Assembly: GCF_009914755.1 (NCBI RefSeq)
Contig: NC_060947.1
Strand: one strand, 5' to 3'
DNA from: the human T2T-CHM13v2.0 reference genome, Homo sapiens
DNA length: 64,000 bases
Position 1 is the stretch's first letter; each line of letters starts with the position of its first letter. The notes under the pieces were generated by a model, which saw nothing but the letters and a program-made list of their open reading frames with translations, was not told where the DNA came from and did not search any database. The position numbers and the translations under genes are program-made. Below are positions 25,131 through 38,390 of the stretch, piece by piece.

Positions 25131-25591
25131 TGAGTGATTTTTTAAATGTAATAATTTCGATACTGGTAGTTAGAACTTGATAAATTAAAAATACCTCTCT
25201 ACCTCTTCCCCTCTGTTTACACCTCTTCCCCAAGTTTGCATTCTCGGTGACATGGGAATTACTTGTTCATACCAAATGAGTTACCTAGTAGAAGGAAATT
25301 AAATATGTTTAATCAAATCTATGTAAACATAATTCCGAATAAAAGTTGCGTATCTTCAAAAATAGTACATGTCAAAACACCCTATGCATTAGGACAGATT
25401 TGTTGAACAAATACGGTAAGTAGGCATTGACAAACAAAGGAAATGGATTAATAAACCCAGAAGCACTAGCAATGAGGGAGGCTTATTATGGTGAATCCCC
25501 CCAGCCTCATGAAGTGTGTGCATACAAAAAGACTGTGAAATGCTCAACACCGCAATGAAAAAGCCACTCACTCTGGAATCCAGTCCTGAAA

Positions 25592-25800
25592 TTCTTCTGT
25601 CCAGTACCACAGTCACTAGCGACAAGTGGCTATTTAAACTAAAATTAATTTTTAAAAAAATTTAAAAATGTAGTCCCTCAATTACACTAGCTACATTTCA
25701 AGTGCTTAGTACCCATGCATGGCTAATAGCTATCATATTGCACAGCACAGATATACTGTTTGTTTCTATTATAACAGAAAATTACATTGGATATCACCAT
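25592..25800. mobile_element. hAT-Charlie non-autonomous element (MER3-like)
   Basis: CTGTCCAGTAC...CACTAGCGACAAGTGGCTATTTAAA...CACTAGCTACATTTCAAGTGCT...ATTGGA. Confidence 0.75.
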
Positions 25801-27585
25801 CCTAACCCTTTCTTCTGAAGAAAACAAATACTAGTTCATCTTGCTTTCCTTTTTTTTCCTTTTTATTGGGGGATGGGGGACAGAAAATTATCATGGTTCA
25901 AAAATAAACTGAATGCATTTGCAATAACATTCCTACATACCAACCTCTAAAGTGCCCCCCCCTTCTTCAGCAGTCATCTAAGGATCGCTTCCAACTGTTT
26001 ACATGGACAGAAGAAAAGAACAGGCTCAGCGTTTAGCAGACAGCTCAATCAAACATGAAATTGTGGTCCTGTAGCCACTTAGGTATAAGTGCAACAGATT
26101 TGCAGATTTATTTTAAATGAAACAAATAGTATCAGAAAGATCTTGGGAATATTCTTTATTAGCAGCAGATAACCTCCTTTTCCAACCTGCCCACTGTTGC
26201 TGTGAGTTTCTAAAGGAAAAATAGCTTTAGAAAGAGGGGGAGGAAAATGAAGTAGTCATAACATTGCATGTTTTCCTTATATGGTATCTACAGGCCGAAG
26301 ACACTTTTAGTATTTCGCTAAAATATGAATGCACATAAAAAACATGTATTATAACCTATAGGTTTTTTGAGGAAAACAGTTTAAGAATAAATACCACATG
26401 AATCAAGGGGGAAAATAACCAAGGAGAGATTTATATATGTTCATGTATAATGTCATCCAAATTCCAGACCCAGGAAAAAACAGACTGATTTGGCAATTAT
26501 TTGTAGCTGCTAGAAATAAAATAGGTTCCATTTTGTTCTGTAAGGTGATATACTAACACTTCAGTGTCCAGGCCTGTGGGTAGTAGGGAGATTAGGACAA
26601 CAGAGCCTTTCCTAGGACTATAAGTTAATTCAGGGGATCCAAATCCAATAGAAAACCAAAGGCCTAAAATGTTCAAACATGATAACACGAGGTTTCCAGT
26701 GAGCCAAATGAGTGTAGCAAGTTCAAGATGTGGTAAGCTTATGAGTGCAGGATAACTGGTTATCCCAAGTCAGCTAGGTCATCTCATCTTTCCCCAGCAT
26801 CATACAGGTACCTCAGGAAGACTCAGGCTCAATGGCACCAATACAGCTTGCAGAGTGAGGAAAGACAAACAATAAGCAGAGACAGAGATTAGTAAGACAC
26901 AAAGCAGCCAGGGGCTGCTTCCTGTATATGATGGATTGCAGCAAGCTCAGTCATAATGCAGGCACTACCCAATTCTGCAGCAGAGAGTGTGGACAAAAGT
27001 GAAGGATCCATGAAATACTCTATCCTCAGACATCCTACAGTGCAGAGGCAGTATTATCTAGAGACCTATCTACACACAGCAGTATTCCAGCTAGAAGGCA
27101 AGTATGAGGAAGATAGATTCCATTCCTTAGGAAAGAAACTGTCAAGAATCAGATTAGCTCTAAGTAAGACCAACTCACAAAAGGTGGGTTGCTTGATTCA
27201 GCATGTTCCCTGACCCAGATATGTTTGACTGCAAAGGCAAATATAGGAAATTGAGAGAGGGAGAGCTAGAACATACTGCTGACAGAATCCCTACCCCTAG
27301 TTTTGGGAAGCCACCTTTATTCTGAGACTTTATAGATGGACAAGATGAGGAGATGGAGCCTTCTGAGATGTATAACCTCCTTTCTTGTCAGGGTTTATTA
27401 GGAACTCTGATGGGTTTAATGGTACCGAGGAAGTCAGAATGCATGTGCGTGTGTGTATGTGTGTGCATTTATCTGGGTGTGTGTGTTGCAGTGATGGTGG
27501 TGTGGGAACTGGTGAATACAAAGGAGACACTGGAAGGTTGACACTTTACAAATATAATAAAGTGTCCTGATAAAACACTCTGTTT

Positions 27586-27923
<338 letters not shown>

Positions 27924-28503
27924 TCAAGGCATGGGTCTTGTCTTCTATTTCCTTTCCTTCAGTACTCAGAACATTCCAATCAATAGAGTTTCATCGATAT
28001 TGCTATTAGACATTTCCTGGGCATAACATGGTAAACCCTAAGCAAAAGGAGCCAGACCAGGGCTCCAATGACCCTGCCCCAGCTCTACTTTCTTCATGGA
28101 TTAGTTAAAACAGAAAACAAAGCTAATCCTAGGATAAACTGTTTCTAAGAAAACATTTAAAAAAGAAGATACAAAGTTATGGCTCACTGAGATTCCAACT
28201 TTCATAATGTTTTTGGACATCCCCTTGAGGGGGTTATTCTCAAAATCGAACTGAAAACACCTGGAAAACAGCCAGGCACCATGTTCACCCTGACAAACAC
28301 TTTGTTTTCCAAGTTTCATGCTACCTCTCCTCAACTGTAACTGCTTTTAGGCATGAAATATAAAAGCAGTAAAAATGAAGAGGCTCAACCAGGGCTCGTT
28401 AAGATCACAGCTGAGTTTAGGAAGACATTAATGGAACTGCAGTGGCTTCAGGGACCCTTCCTTGCTGAGATCTTCAGCCTCTTCATGCTAACCACCCATG
28501 TAC

Positions 28504-28582
28504 CTCGTGGAAAACTAGTCAACTGATGCAGCCTATGGAATACTCGCACTGTTCCATCTGGTCCACAGGATCTCCGTAACAT
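28504..28582 (-). other. Candidate 79-nt exon (unidentified transcript)
   Basis: Acceptor ttgattctcttatgtag|ATG, donor GAG|gtacat; non-repeat; 3 CpGs in 79 nt in a CpG-poor background. Confidence 0.35.
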
Positions 28583-30098
28583 CTACATAAGAGAATCAAC
28601 AGCAAGCTTTTTTGGAAAAATGATGTCCTTTCCCCATATCCCAAACATTAATTCAGAACATTCAGTGGTGAGGTTCAGGCATCAGTATTTTAAAAATAAG
28701 AAAAAGAGAAAAGAAAGATGGAAAAAATTCCCTAGTCATGGATAAGAACCATGGAAAAAGGCCATCTATTTCATTGGTTTCTATTACTCATTTGCCTTGA
28801 TTTTAGATGAGTTTTCTGATCTCGGATGAATTTTCTGACTCTAATATAATAATACGTACCTCATCCTATTTTTCTCAAGTAGATTGTGATTATATGAAAC
28901 TGCCTTAACTATCTTGTGTGGAAGAAAAGGACATTAGTAGTAAGAGAATTTACAGCTCACTGAGACATACTTGTTTAGCCACAGCAATCAAGTGAGAGAA
29001 AGAAAGGGCATCCAAAGTGACAAAGAAAAAGTCAAATTACCCTTGCTTGCAGACAATGTGATCTTACATTTAGAAAATAACTAAAGGCTCCAACAAAAAA
29101 AACTCTTAGAACTGTCAAACATATTTAGTAAAGTTAAAGGATACAAAAATCAACCTAAAATGTCAGTATTGTCTCTATACTAACAATGTCATTAACAATG
29201 ATCAATCTGAAGAAAAAAAAAAAAAAAACGAAGCAATCCCATTCACAATAGCTACAATTAGCTAGGAAGAAATTTAACCAAAGAAGTAAACTGTCTCTAC
29301 AAGGAAAACTATAAAACAACAATGAAAGTTACTGAAGAGGACATTAAATAATAGAAAGTTATTCCATGCTCATGCTTTGAAAAAATTATTATTAAAATGA
29401 CAATACTACCCAAAGCAACCTACAGATTCAATGCATTCCCTATCAAAATACCAATGACAGTTTTCATAGAAATAGAAAAAACAAAACCATACAGAACCAT
29501 ATAGAACCAGAAGACTCCAAATAGCTAAAGCAATCCTGAGCAAAAAGAACAATGCTGAAGGCATCACGTTACCTGACTTCAAATTCTACTACAAAGCTGT
29601 AGTAACCAAAATAGTGTGGTACTTCCATAAAAACAGACACATAGAACTATCAAACAGAATGGGGAACTCAGAAATAAATTCATGCACTTACAGCTAAGTC
29701 ATTTTCAACAGAGATGCCAAGAATACATGGCATTTAAAATATGATGCTGGGAAAACTGGATATCCATATGCAAAAGAATGTAATTAGATCCTCATCTTTC
29801 ACTATATGTAAGAATCAAAATGAAATAAAGACTTAAATCTAATACCCAAAACTATAAAACTACTAGAAGATAAATATTAGGAAAATGCGATAGGACATTG
29901 GTCTGGGCAAAGCTTTTTTGGGTAAGACCTCAAAAGCATAGGCAACCAAAGCAAAAACAGACTAAAGGGATTAAATCAAGCTAAAAAGCTGTTGCACAGC
30001 AAAGGAAACAAAGTGAAGAGACAATTCAGAATGGAAGAAGATACTTGCAAACTATCCATCCAACGAGGGATTAATAACAATAGTATATATGGAACTCA

Positions 30099-30397
30099 GA
30101 CCAGGCGTGGTGGCTCACACCTGTAATCCCAGCACTTTGGGAATCCAAGTCAGGAGGATTGCTTGATGCCAGGAGTTTGAGACCAGCCTGGACAACATAG
30201 TGAGACCTCATCTCTATTAAAAAAAAAAAACAACCTGAAAACCATGGCATTGAAGCTTGTGCCTGTAGTCCCAGCTACTCGGGAGGCTGAAGTGGGAGAA
30301 TTACTTGAACCCAGGTCGAGGCTGCAATGAGCCATGATCACACTACTACACTCCAGCATTGGTGACAGAGTGAGATCCTGACTCAAAAAAAAAAAAA
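30099..30397 (+). mobile_element. AluJ
   Basis: GGAGGATTGCTTGA and GAGGCTGCAATGAGCCATGATC (J diagnostics); TSD GGAACTCA at 30091-30098 and 30398-30405. Confidence 0.93.
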
Positions 30398-30922
30398 GGA
30401 ACTCAAACATCTCAATAGCAAAAACTAAATGAAAATAAAAAGTAATAATCTTATTTTAAAATGGGCAAAAGATCTGAATAGACAATTCTCAAGAGAAAAC
30501 ATACAAATGGCCAACAGATGTATGAAAACATGCTTAACATAACTAATTATCAGGGAAATGCAAATTAAAATCACAATGAGAAATCATCTCACTCCAGATA
30601 GAATGGCTATTATCAAAAAGATATAAAATAGAAAATGCTGGTGAGGATGCAGAGAAAAGGAAATGCTCATACACTGTTGCTGGGAATGTAAATTAGTACA
30701 GCCACTATGGAAAGCAGTATGAACATGCCTCAAAAAACTAAAAATAGAACTACCATACAATCCAGCAATCTCACTACTGGATATATATAGCCAAAAAGAA
30801 ATGTAATCAGTATATTAAAGAGATATTGGCACTCTCATGTCTGTTGCAGCACTACTCACAATAACCAAGAAGTGGAAGCAAGCTAAGTGTCCATCAATGG
30901 ATGAATGGATAAAGAAAACATT

Positions 30923-30926
<4 letters not shown>

Positions 30927-30973
<47 letters not shown>
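30927..30973. repeat. (AC)23 microsatellite
   Basis: Directly visible. Confidence 0.97.
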
Positions 30974-30975
<2 letters not shown>

Positions 30976-31639
30976 GGAATACTATGCAGCCATAAAAAGA
31001 GTTAAATCCTGCCATTTGCAACAACATGGATGGACTGGAGGTCATTATGTTAAGTGAAATAAAGCAAGAACGGAGAGACAAATGTGGGGGCTACAAATGT
31101 GGGTCTTGTGGAGGTAGTGAATAGAATGGCGGTTACCAGAGACTGGGAAGGGCAAAAGGAGGGAGTATGAAGGGAACTTATTTAATGGGTACAAAAATAA
31201 AATACGCTAGAAGGAATAAGTTCTAGTATTCAATAATACAGCAAGGAAATTGCAGTTAATAATTTATTGTATATCTAGAAGAAAAAAATTACAATGTACC
31301 CAACACAAAGATATATATTTTAGTTGATGGATATCAAATTATCATTATTTGATCATTATGTATTATATACATGTATAAAAATATCACATGTATCCCCAAA
31401 ATGTGTACGACTATATCAATAAAGAATACCGAAACCCCCCCAGTTTTAGATCTTAAAGCCACTCTTTGTTTTTGTTATGCCTGGGAGATTAATTAATTCT
31501 AGTATTTTAATCTCTTATTCAGAGCTCAAATGATGCTCAAATAGGTTGAGGGATTTACTCAAGATCATAAAATTGGTAATACATGCCAATCTAAATTCAA
31601 AGGTTAAGATCTTCCCATGACTCCAAACTCCATTTCAGC

Positions 31640-31796
31640 CAGGAGAGCCTGACTTTTTACTCTGACGCTGGCACTAACTGGATGTGTGGGGTCCCTACCC
31701 CCGTATTCTATCTAGTTCTCTTTTCCTGTCAGTATAAAATAAGAAAATTGGACTAGGCCATCCCTTATGCTGCTCTCAGATCTAAGATTCTATAAG
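31640..31796 (+). mobile_element. MIR3-like fragment
   Basis: GGCACTAACTGGATGTGTG...TATAAAATAAG...TTGGACTAG...CTAAGATTCTAT. Confidence 0.55.
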
Positions 31797-32024
31797 CTTG
31801 AGATTTGATGTCCCAAGACATGTCGAGTCCAGGTATTGCTATTTACCACACATGCATTTCTTTATTTCAATTAAGATGCTCATTTAAATTGCAAGATATA
31901 TGTTATTAAGAGAAAACTACCTAGAATTCATTTTAGAGTAAGTTATCTCTACTTAAAGACAGATTGCCCTATGTTTAACAGCCAAATATTTGCAAAGTTA
32001 CAAAATTTTCCTCGGTTCTATTAC

Positions 32025-32143
32025 GGTAAATAAAATATGTTGATATTATACAAGCAAAATGTACAAAGAAATTTTTGCTGAAGAATGGAAACAAAGTAAC
32101 TTATTCCATCGGCCAAATTGTACAATACTAATGGCATTGTTTC
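32025..32143 (-). other. Candidate 119-nt exon (unidentified transcript)
   Basis: Acceptor taatttattcttttaag|GAA, weaker donor ACC|gtaata; one frame fully open (ETMPLVLYNLADGISYFVSILQQKFLCTFCLYNINIFYL). Confidence 0.25.
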
Positions 32144-32859
32144 CTTAAAAGAATAAATTATACATATCTGTGAACATATTTTAGATACATACCTCAGATA
32201 ATAAAGGAATAGTGGAATAAAAGAATAGGGAAAAACATTAATTCGGTAGTCGATATATAGTAAAAGCAAGTGTTTTAATAAATATTAATCAAGTTTTATT
32301 CAGGTTTATGTCCTTGTTTGTAGAAACAGAGTATAGAACAGAGGAGAATATTGTGAAATAATGAGTAGCCATTTATGTTTTTAGTAGATATTGCCCACTT
32401 GTTCTGAATGAAAACATCATTTTCATCTTCCATTTTCAGTGAGGAAGACTTATCTGCTTCATTTATTGGCTGTCCATCAAACAGGAATATGATCTGACTC
32501 AGTAGAAAGCACTTCCATTCATAGTGACTATTACCTTTAATAAATGTTGCTTAAAATTTAACATTAAACTTTAGCATATAACCATCTCGCCCTGCCATCT
32601 TGAGATGAATTTTCTTTCAGAGTGTTTATTCTTTATTTGGGTTGTTTTAACAGCTATAAGTGACAGTCTCCGCAGGTACTCCTCAAAAATGAGGTAGCAA
32701 GTCTACCCTTATTTATTGAACACACAACTGCACTGTAAGGTCATCATACTGACCTTGTAATGCAATCGTGACAATTACATAAAATCATCTATTTGACACA
32801 CTGCAAATTGTAAAATATTATGGTCTTAAACCTTTAAAAATTCTATAAAATGTAAGCTG

Positions 32860-32995
32860 AAACTTCATTAATTATTCTCACCATCTTTCCCTCTAAACAT
32901 AATTTCCTCCTGCACAGTTTTCCTTATTATTAACATCTTGCATTAATGTGGTATATTATTTTACAAATAATGAATCAATATCGACACCAAACTAT
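32860..32995 (-). mobile_element. L1MC-type 3' UTR fragment
   Basis: CAGTTTTCCTTATTATTAACATCTTGCATTAATGTGGTA matches the antisense L1MC 3' UTR. Confidence 0.7.
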
Positions 32996-32999
32996 GAAC

Positions 33000-34465
33000 T
33001 ACTTACATATATCCCTAACAAGATCTGTATAAGGAAAACTACAAAACTCTGATGAAATAAATAAAAAAGATCTAAATATATAGAAAGATAATCTATGTTC
33101 ATGGATAAGACTCAATATTTTTAAAATAGCAGTTTTCCCAATCGATCTATAAATTTATGCAATCTTAATCAAAATCCTAGAATGTTTTTGTGGATACCAG
33201 GAAACTGATTCTAAAGTTTATCTGAAAAGGCAAAAGACTCAGAGAAGTCAACAGAATTTTTTAGAAAAAAAAAAAACAGAGCCAGAAGACATTACCTGAC
33301 TTCAAAACTTACCACAAAGCTATAATAATCAAGAAAGTGTCATAGAGGCAAAAGAATTGACACATAGATCAATAGAACAGATCAGATTGATAAAACAGAA
33401 TAGATAACACAAAAGTAAACACATGCAAATATAGTCCAATGATCTTTAAGAAGCAAAAGTAATTCAATGGAAGAAAGGATAGTCTTTTCAGCAAATGGTG
33501 CTGGACCAGCTAGACGCCCACAAGCAAAAATAGTTTAATATAGACACAGATCTTATATCTTTCACAAAATTAACTAAAAATGAATCTTAAACCTAAATTC
33601 AAAACACAAATCTATACTATTCATAGAAAATAACACATAAAAAGTCCAAATGACCTGGGGTTTGGCATTGAGTATTCAGATATGGCACTAAAAGTATAAT
33701 CCATTAGAGAAATGATGGATAGGTGAGACTTCATTAAAATAAAAATTTTCCATTCTACAAATGACACCATAACGAGAAGTAAATGACAAGCCATAGACTA
33801 AAGGAAAAAAAATTCACAACACATATTTGATACAGGACTTGTATCCAAAATATACTAAAACTCCTAAAGCTCAAAAATAAGAAAGCAAACAAAAAGTCGG
33901 CAAAAGATCTAAACAGACACCTCAGCAAAGAAGTTATTCAGATGGCAAATAAGCATACGAAAAAATGCTCATGATGTGTCATTAGGGAACTGCAAATTAA
34001 AACAACAAGTGGTACTATTACGAACCTATTAAAATGGCTAAAATCCAAAACACTGACAACACCAAATGCTGACAAGGATGTGGAACAACAGAAATTCTCA
34101 ATTCATTGCTGGTGGAAATGAAGGGTACAGACATTTTGGAAGACTGTTTTGCAGTTTCTTACAAAGTCAAACACAGTTTTACCATATGATCCAGCAATCA
34201 CACTCTTTGATATTTACCCAAATGGGTTCAAAACTTGTTTCCACACAAAAACCTGCACAAGAAAGTTTACAGCAGCTTTATCACAAAAAATTCTGAAAAC
34301 AATCAAGATGTCCTTCAACAGGAGAATAGATAAACGAACTGTGGTACATCCATACAACAGGATATTACTCAATGAAAATTTTAAAAACCATCAAGTCATG
34401 AAAATACATAAACCCTAAATGCATATTGCTAAGTGAAGAACAACAGTATGAAAAGGCTACATACA
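33000..34465 (+). mobile_element. L1MC-type ORF2 3' portion and start of 3' UTR
   Basis: GGAAAACTACAAAACTCTGATGAA...TTACCATATGATCCAGCAATCACACTC...AAATGCATATTGCTAAGTGAA...GAAAAGGCTACATAC. Confidence 0.88.
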
Positions 34466-35329
34466 TAGATGGCTACTATGTGCACGCAAGCTCCTTAAGC
34501 TATTGTGCCTTGCGCCTTGCTTATTGTATTCTCCACTCTGAGCCTGAGGGTGTGTTGCCATTTATCATCACTGCTGACCTGTTTTTCAGATAGTAGAGAT
34601 GATAATCTGTACACAAATCTAGAAAAGACGACAAAAGCTGGATAATTAAATCTTGCAGGTTTGTCTAACAATTTCAAAATATAATCTACAGTATTACATA
34701 TGTTATTATATTACATGTTTACACTATAATTCAGAGAAAATAAAAGTAAGTTTGATTTCATTCTCTGGTAGTTTTGTTTTTTTTTAAATTCCTGGTTTAC
34801 TTCTGCTGTTTATCTTCTTGGCCTTGGTAGGCAAATGAGTTTTCAGTCCCTACTCTAAGCCAAAGGAAAATGGAGAAAATGTTTAAATGATTTTCAAATC
34901 ACTGGCTGCTAAGTGGTGAATGGGTAACAGTTGCAGCTGGGAGAGCAGGTAGGAGACTGAACTAAAGATGATTGGGTTAGAAAGTAGAAAGATGAGATAT
35001 TTTCAATATATATAGTTTTGTGATGAATATGCTGACAGAATAAAACTTGAGGAGTAAAGATTGGAAATAACAGGTATGGAATTAGGGGTTGGAGTTCCAT
35101 TTTGGATATACTAAGATTGAGATATCTTTTAAACATCTAAGAGGGGGTATGGAACATTTCACTGTATGCAGTATGTATTGAATTTGGTGACACAAATGAA
35201 TATTGACCTTGACAAGCATATGTATTTTCACAAAAGTCAGGTCCTAGTGAGATGAGTAAATGCAGATAAAGATGTGGTATCTGAGAAGTTACCCTACTCT
35301 TTCAAGACATTTCTTGACCACATAAAAGT

Positions 35330-36645
35330 GTTTTAAAACACATTATTATATATGATTGACATTTTTAAAAGCTATATTTTATGTATACAGTTTGATGAGT
35401 TTGGAGATAAATGTACATCTATGAAATTATCACAAACTATGCTATAAACATATTCATTGCCTCAAAAAGTTTTCTGACTCTATTTGTTACCATTATTTTG
35501 TAGGTGTGCACGTGTGTGTGTGTGTGTGTGAGATAAGAACACTTAATATAAGATCCACCTTCTTTCAGGTATACAGTATAGTATTGTTAACCATAGGCAC
35601 TGTGCTATAGATCTCCAGGACCGCTTCATTTTGCAGAACTGAAATTTTGTACCCTTTGACTGATACCTCCATTTTCCCCCCTCCCTCCGAGCCCCTGAAA
35701 AACCATAATTTTACTCTGTTTCTATGACTACTTTAGATTTCTATATAAGTGAGATTGTGTAGTATTTATTGTGCATCTGGCTTATTTCACATAGGATAAT
35801 GTCCTCCAGGTTCATACAAATTGTCAACAATGACAGGATTTCCTCCTTTTTAAAGAATTTACAATATTCCACTGTATGTATATACCACATTTTCTTTATC
35901 CATTTGTCTATGAACTTTAGGTTGCTTCCGTGTCTTGGCTATTGTGAATGATGCTGCGATAAACATGAGAGTGCAGATATCTCTTTAGGATACTGATTTC
36001 AATTGTTTAGATATATACCCAGAATTAGAAATGCTGGATTATATAGTAGTTCTACTTTTAATTTTTGAGGAAGCTCCAGTTTTCCATATTGGCTGCACCA
36101 ATTTCCACTTCCTCCAGCAGTGTACGGTGGTTTTGTCACCACAACCTCACTGACACTTATCTTTTTTTTAATAATAGTCATCCCAACAGGTGTGCAGTAA
36201 TATCTCATTGTGGTTTTAATTTGCGTTTCCCTGGTGATTAGTGACGCAGAGCTCCTTTTCATGTACTTGGCCATTTCTATGTCTTTGTAGAAATGTCTGT
36301 TCAATTATTTTGCCCATTTCTTAATTTGCTTAATTTTTTTTTCTGTTAAGTTTTATGAGCTCCTTATATATAGATGGTCCCTGAAGTATAATAGGATTAT
36401 ATCTGGATAAACCCATCATAAATAAAAAATCATAAGTCAAAATGAATTTAATACCTTTATAAATCCAGCATAAAGTCACAAAAATCATCAGTTGAACTAT
36501 CATAAATTAGAGATCATCTGTATTTTGGATATTAACCCTTTATCAGATATATGGTTTGCAAATATTTTTTTTTCATTTCATAGGTCGTCTTTTCATTTGG
36601 TTGATTGTTTCTTTTCCCGTGAAGATGCTTTTTCGTTTGATTCAG
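35330..36645 (-). mobile_element. L1MA9/10-like 3' end
   Basis: GATGAGTTTGGAGATAAATGTACA...AAGAACACTTAATATAAGATCCACC...AGATCTCCAGGA; ORF 35999-36304 is an ORF2 C-terminal remnant. Confidence 0.85.
36371..36520. mobile_element. Short Tigger-family MITE (MER47-like) inserted at TA inside the L1
   Basis: Terminal inverted ends (T)AGATGGTCC...GATCATCTG with TA on both sides; L1 sequence resumes TATTTTGGATATTAACC. Confidence 0.75.
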
Positions 36646-37937
36646 CAGACTACATTAAGACATTGTGATGTGAAGTAGAGCCCTAAAATGAAGCAGTAGC
36701 TGTTAAGGGGATATGTAATCATATCCGGTCGGGTTATTGTTGTTTGTTTCAGACAGAAAATTCTAGAGTATGTCTGTATGCTGATGGGATACTGCAGTAA
36801 AAAGAGAGAAAGTTATGATACAAGTTATTAATAGGAAAGGAAAATCGATGTAGTGATGTCCTCAGTAGACAAATGAAGAACAGATCCAGGGCATAAGAGG
36901 AAGTATTCATTTTTGATAAGAATCAGAACACTTTCTTCCTTGTACTGAATAGAAAGGCAGAAACTATAGGTAGAGATGCAGGAAGATTTGGAAACATGGT
37001 AGCAGAAAGATGGAGACTTTATTTTTTATTGCTTCTCTTTTTTCCAGTGAAGTATGAGGTATGGTCATCAGTTAAGAGTTGAAATGGGAGAACAAAGAAA
37101 TGAAATTGAAGAAAACAGAGTAGCGATAGAAAGTGGTGGACTTAATAGACTGAAGGCCTCAATTAGAAAAGGGTGTTTGAAATCTAAATTGCAGAGGTTG
37201 TACAAGGGAACTGAGGGCAATTATATAAAAATTAATTGTATTTTAACTAAAAGGCATTTCATTTTTATGAGGGTGAGACCTTTATTTTCCTCACCACTAT
37301 ATCCCAGACTAACACACAGCAGTTGTTCAGCTAATATTTTTAAATGAATGAAAATAAAGATGGATTATAAAATGTGATGGATATGGTAAGTTTGTGGTTA
37401 GAATGCAGAAGCTGAATAAAGAGAAAAGGTAAATTGAATGTAGCACTGCAAGTACTGTAGTAAGTGAGCAAAATTGATAAGGGGAAGTGATTAGAAGGCA
37501 GCATGCCTAAAACTGGGATTTGAGAGTTGTAAACAAAGAACTGTATGGCTTATTTTGGCTTGAGAAAAATGATCAGTGGCAATAAGAAGGTCACCCAACA
37601 GGAAGGCCAGAGTGTTGGACAGTTCATGTCAGCAAAAATGATGGAAATAGGAGAAACGGAATAAATCAAGTACTACAGTCTTAAGTTAATATGAGTAGGG
37701 ATGGTGGTGATTAGGATGTGGGTAGATGATGACAAGTGAAAGTATGGTCTTACTACATACATTTCAAAGGAGGAGAAAATTTTGAAGTCAAATCAAAAGT
37801 AAGAGAAACTATTTAGAAGAGTCATTGCCAATGATTTTGATTCACTTGGTTGTTGAGCTGAACCAAGATTGGCATACCACCAAATTCTTTTTTATTGTTC
37901 CTATACGTGCCCATAGTTGTCCCATTGCCTTGGTCCA

Positions 37938-38390
37938 TGAGGTGGGCAGAATAATGGACCCCAAAGATATCCACACTGTAATCCCCAGAACCTGGATGTT
38001 ACCTTCCAAGACAAGAGGGACTTTCCAGATGTGATTAAGTTAAGGACCATGAGATGGAGAGATTATCCTAGATTGTCTGTGTACACCTAACATAATCACA
38101 AGAGTTTTCATTAGAGGGAGGCAGAAACGTCATAGTATTAGGAGATGTGATGACAAAGGAAGAGGTAGGAGTGATGTTAGGAAGGGGACATGGGCCATGG
38201 AATGCAAGAGAACTCCAGAAGCTGAAAAGAGCAAGGAAATGGACTATCTACTGAAGCATTTGGAAGGGATGCAGCTCTATTGATACCTTGATTTTAGACT
38301 TCTAACCTACAAAACTGTAAGATAAACTTGTATTGTCTAAGGGACTAATTTTGTGGTAATTTTTTACTGCAGCAACAGAAAACTAATAGA
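37938..38390 (+). mobile_element. MaLR LTR, MLT1D-like
   Basis: GGGCAGAATAATGGACCCCAAAGATATCCAC...CAGATGTGATTAAGTTAAGGA...GCAGCAACAGAAAACTAATA. Confidence 0.85.

Larger units (their letters stand above)
28975..31428 (+). mobile_element. L1MA4-like 3' portion of ORF2 and 3' UTR
   Basis: Continuous ORF2 remnant from the RT FADD region (TTGCAGACAATGTGATC) to the 3' UTR ATATCACATGTATCCCCAAAATGTGTAC...TCAATAAA; contains an AluJ and a (CA)n. Confidence 0.88.
34910..37090 (-). mobile_element. L2 pieces (~34910-35315 and ~36650-37090) split by an L1
   Basis: GAGTTCCATTTTGGATATACTAAGATTGAGATATCT; GTATGCTGATGGGA; ATTGCTTCTCTTTTTTCCAGTGAAGTATGAGG. Confidence 0.65.

Noticed and set aside
26956-27213. 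85-aa ATG ORF in apparently unique DNA
   Set aside because: No recognisable homology; the KYEEDRFHSLGKK part resembles a decayed CR1/L3 RT C-terminus; no splice or promoter support.
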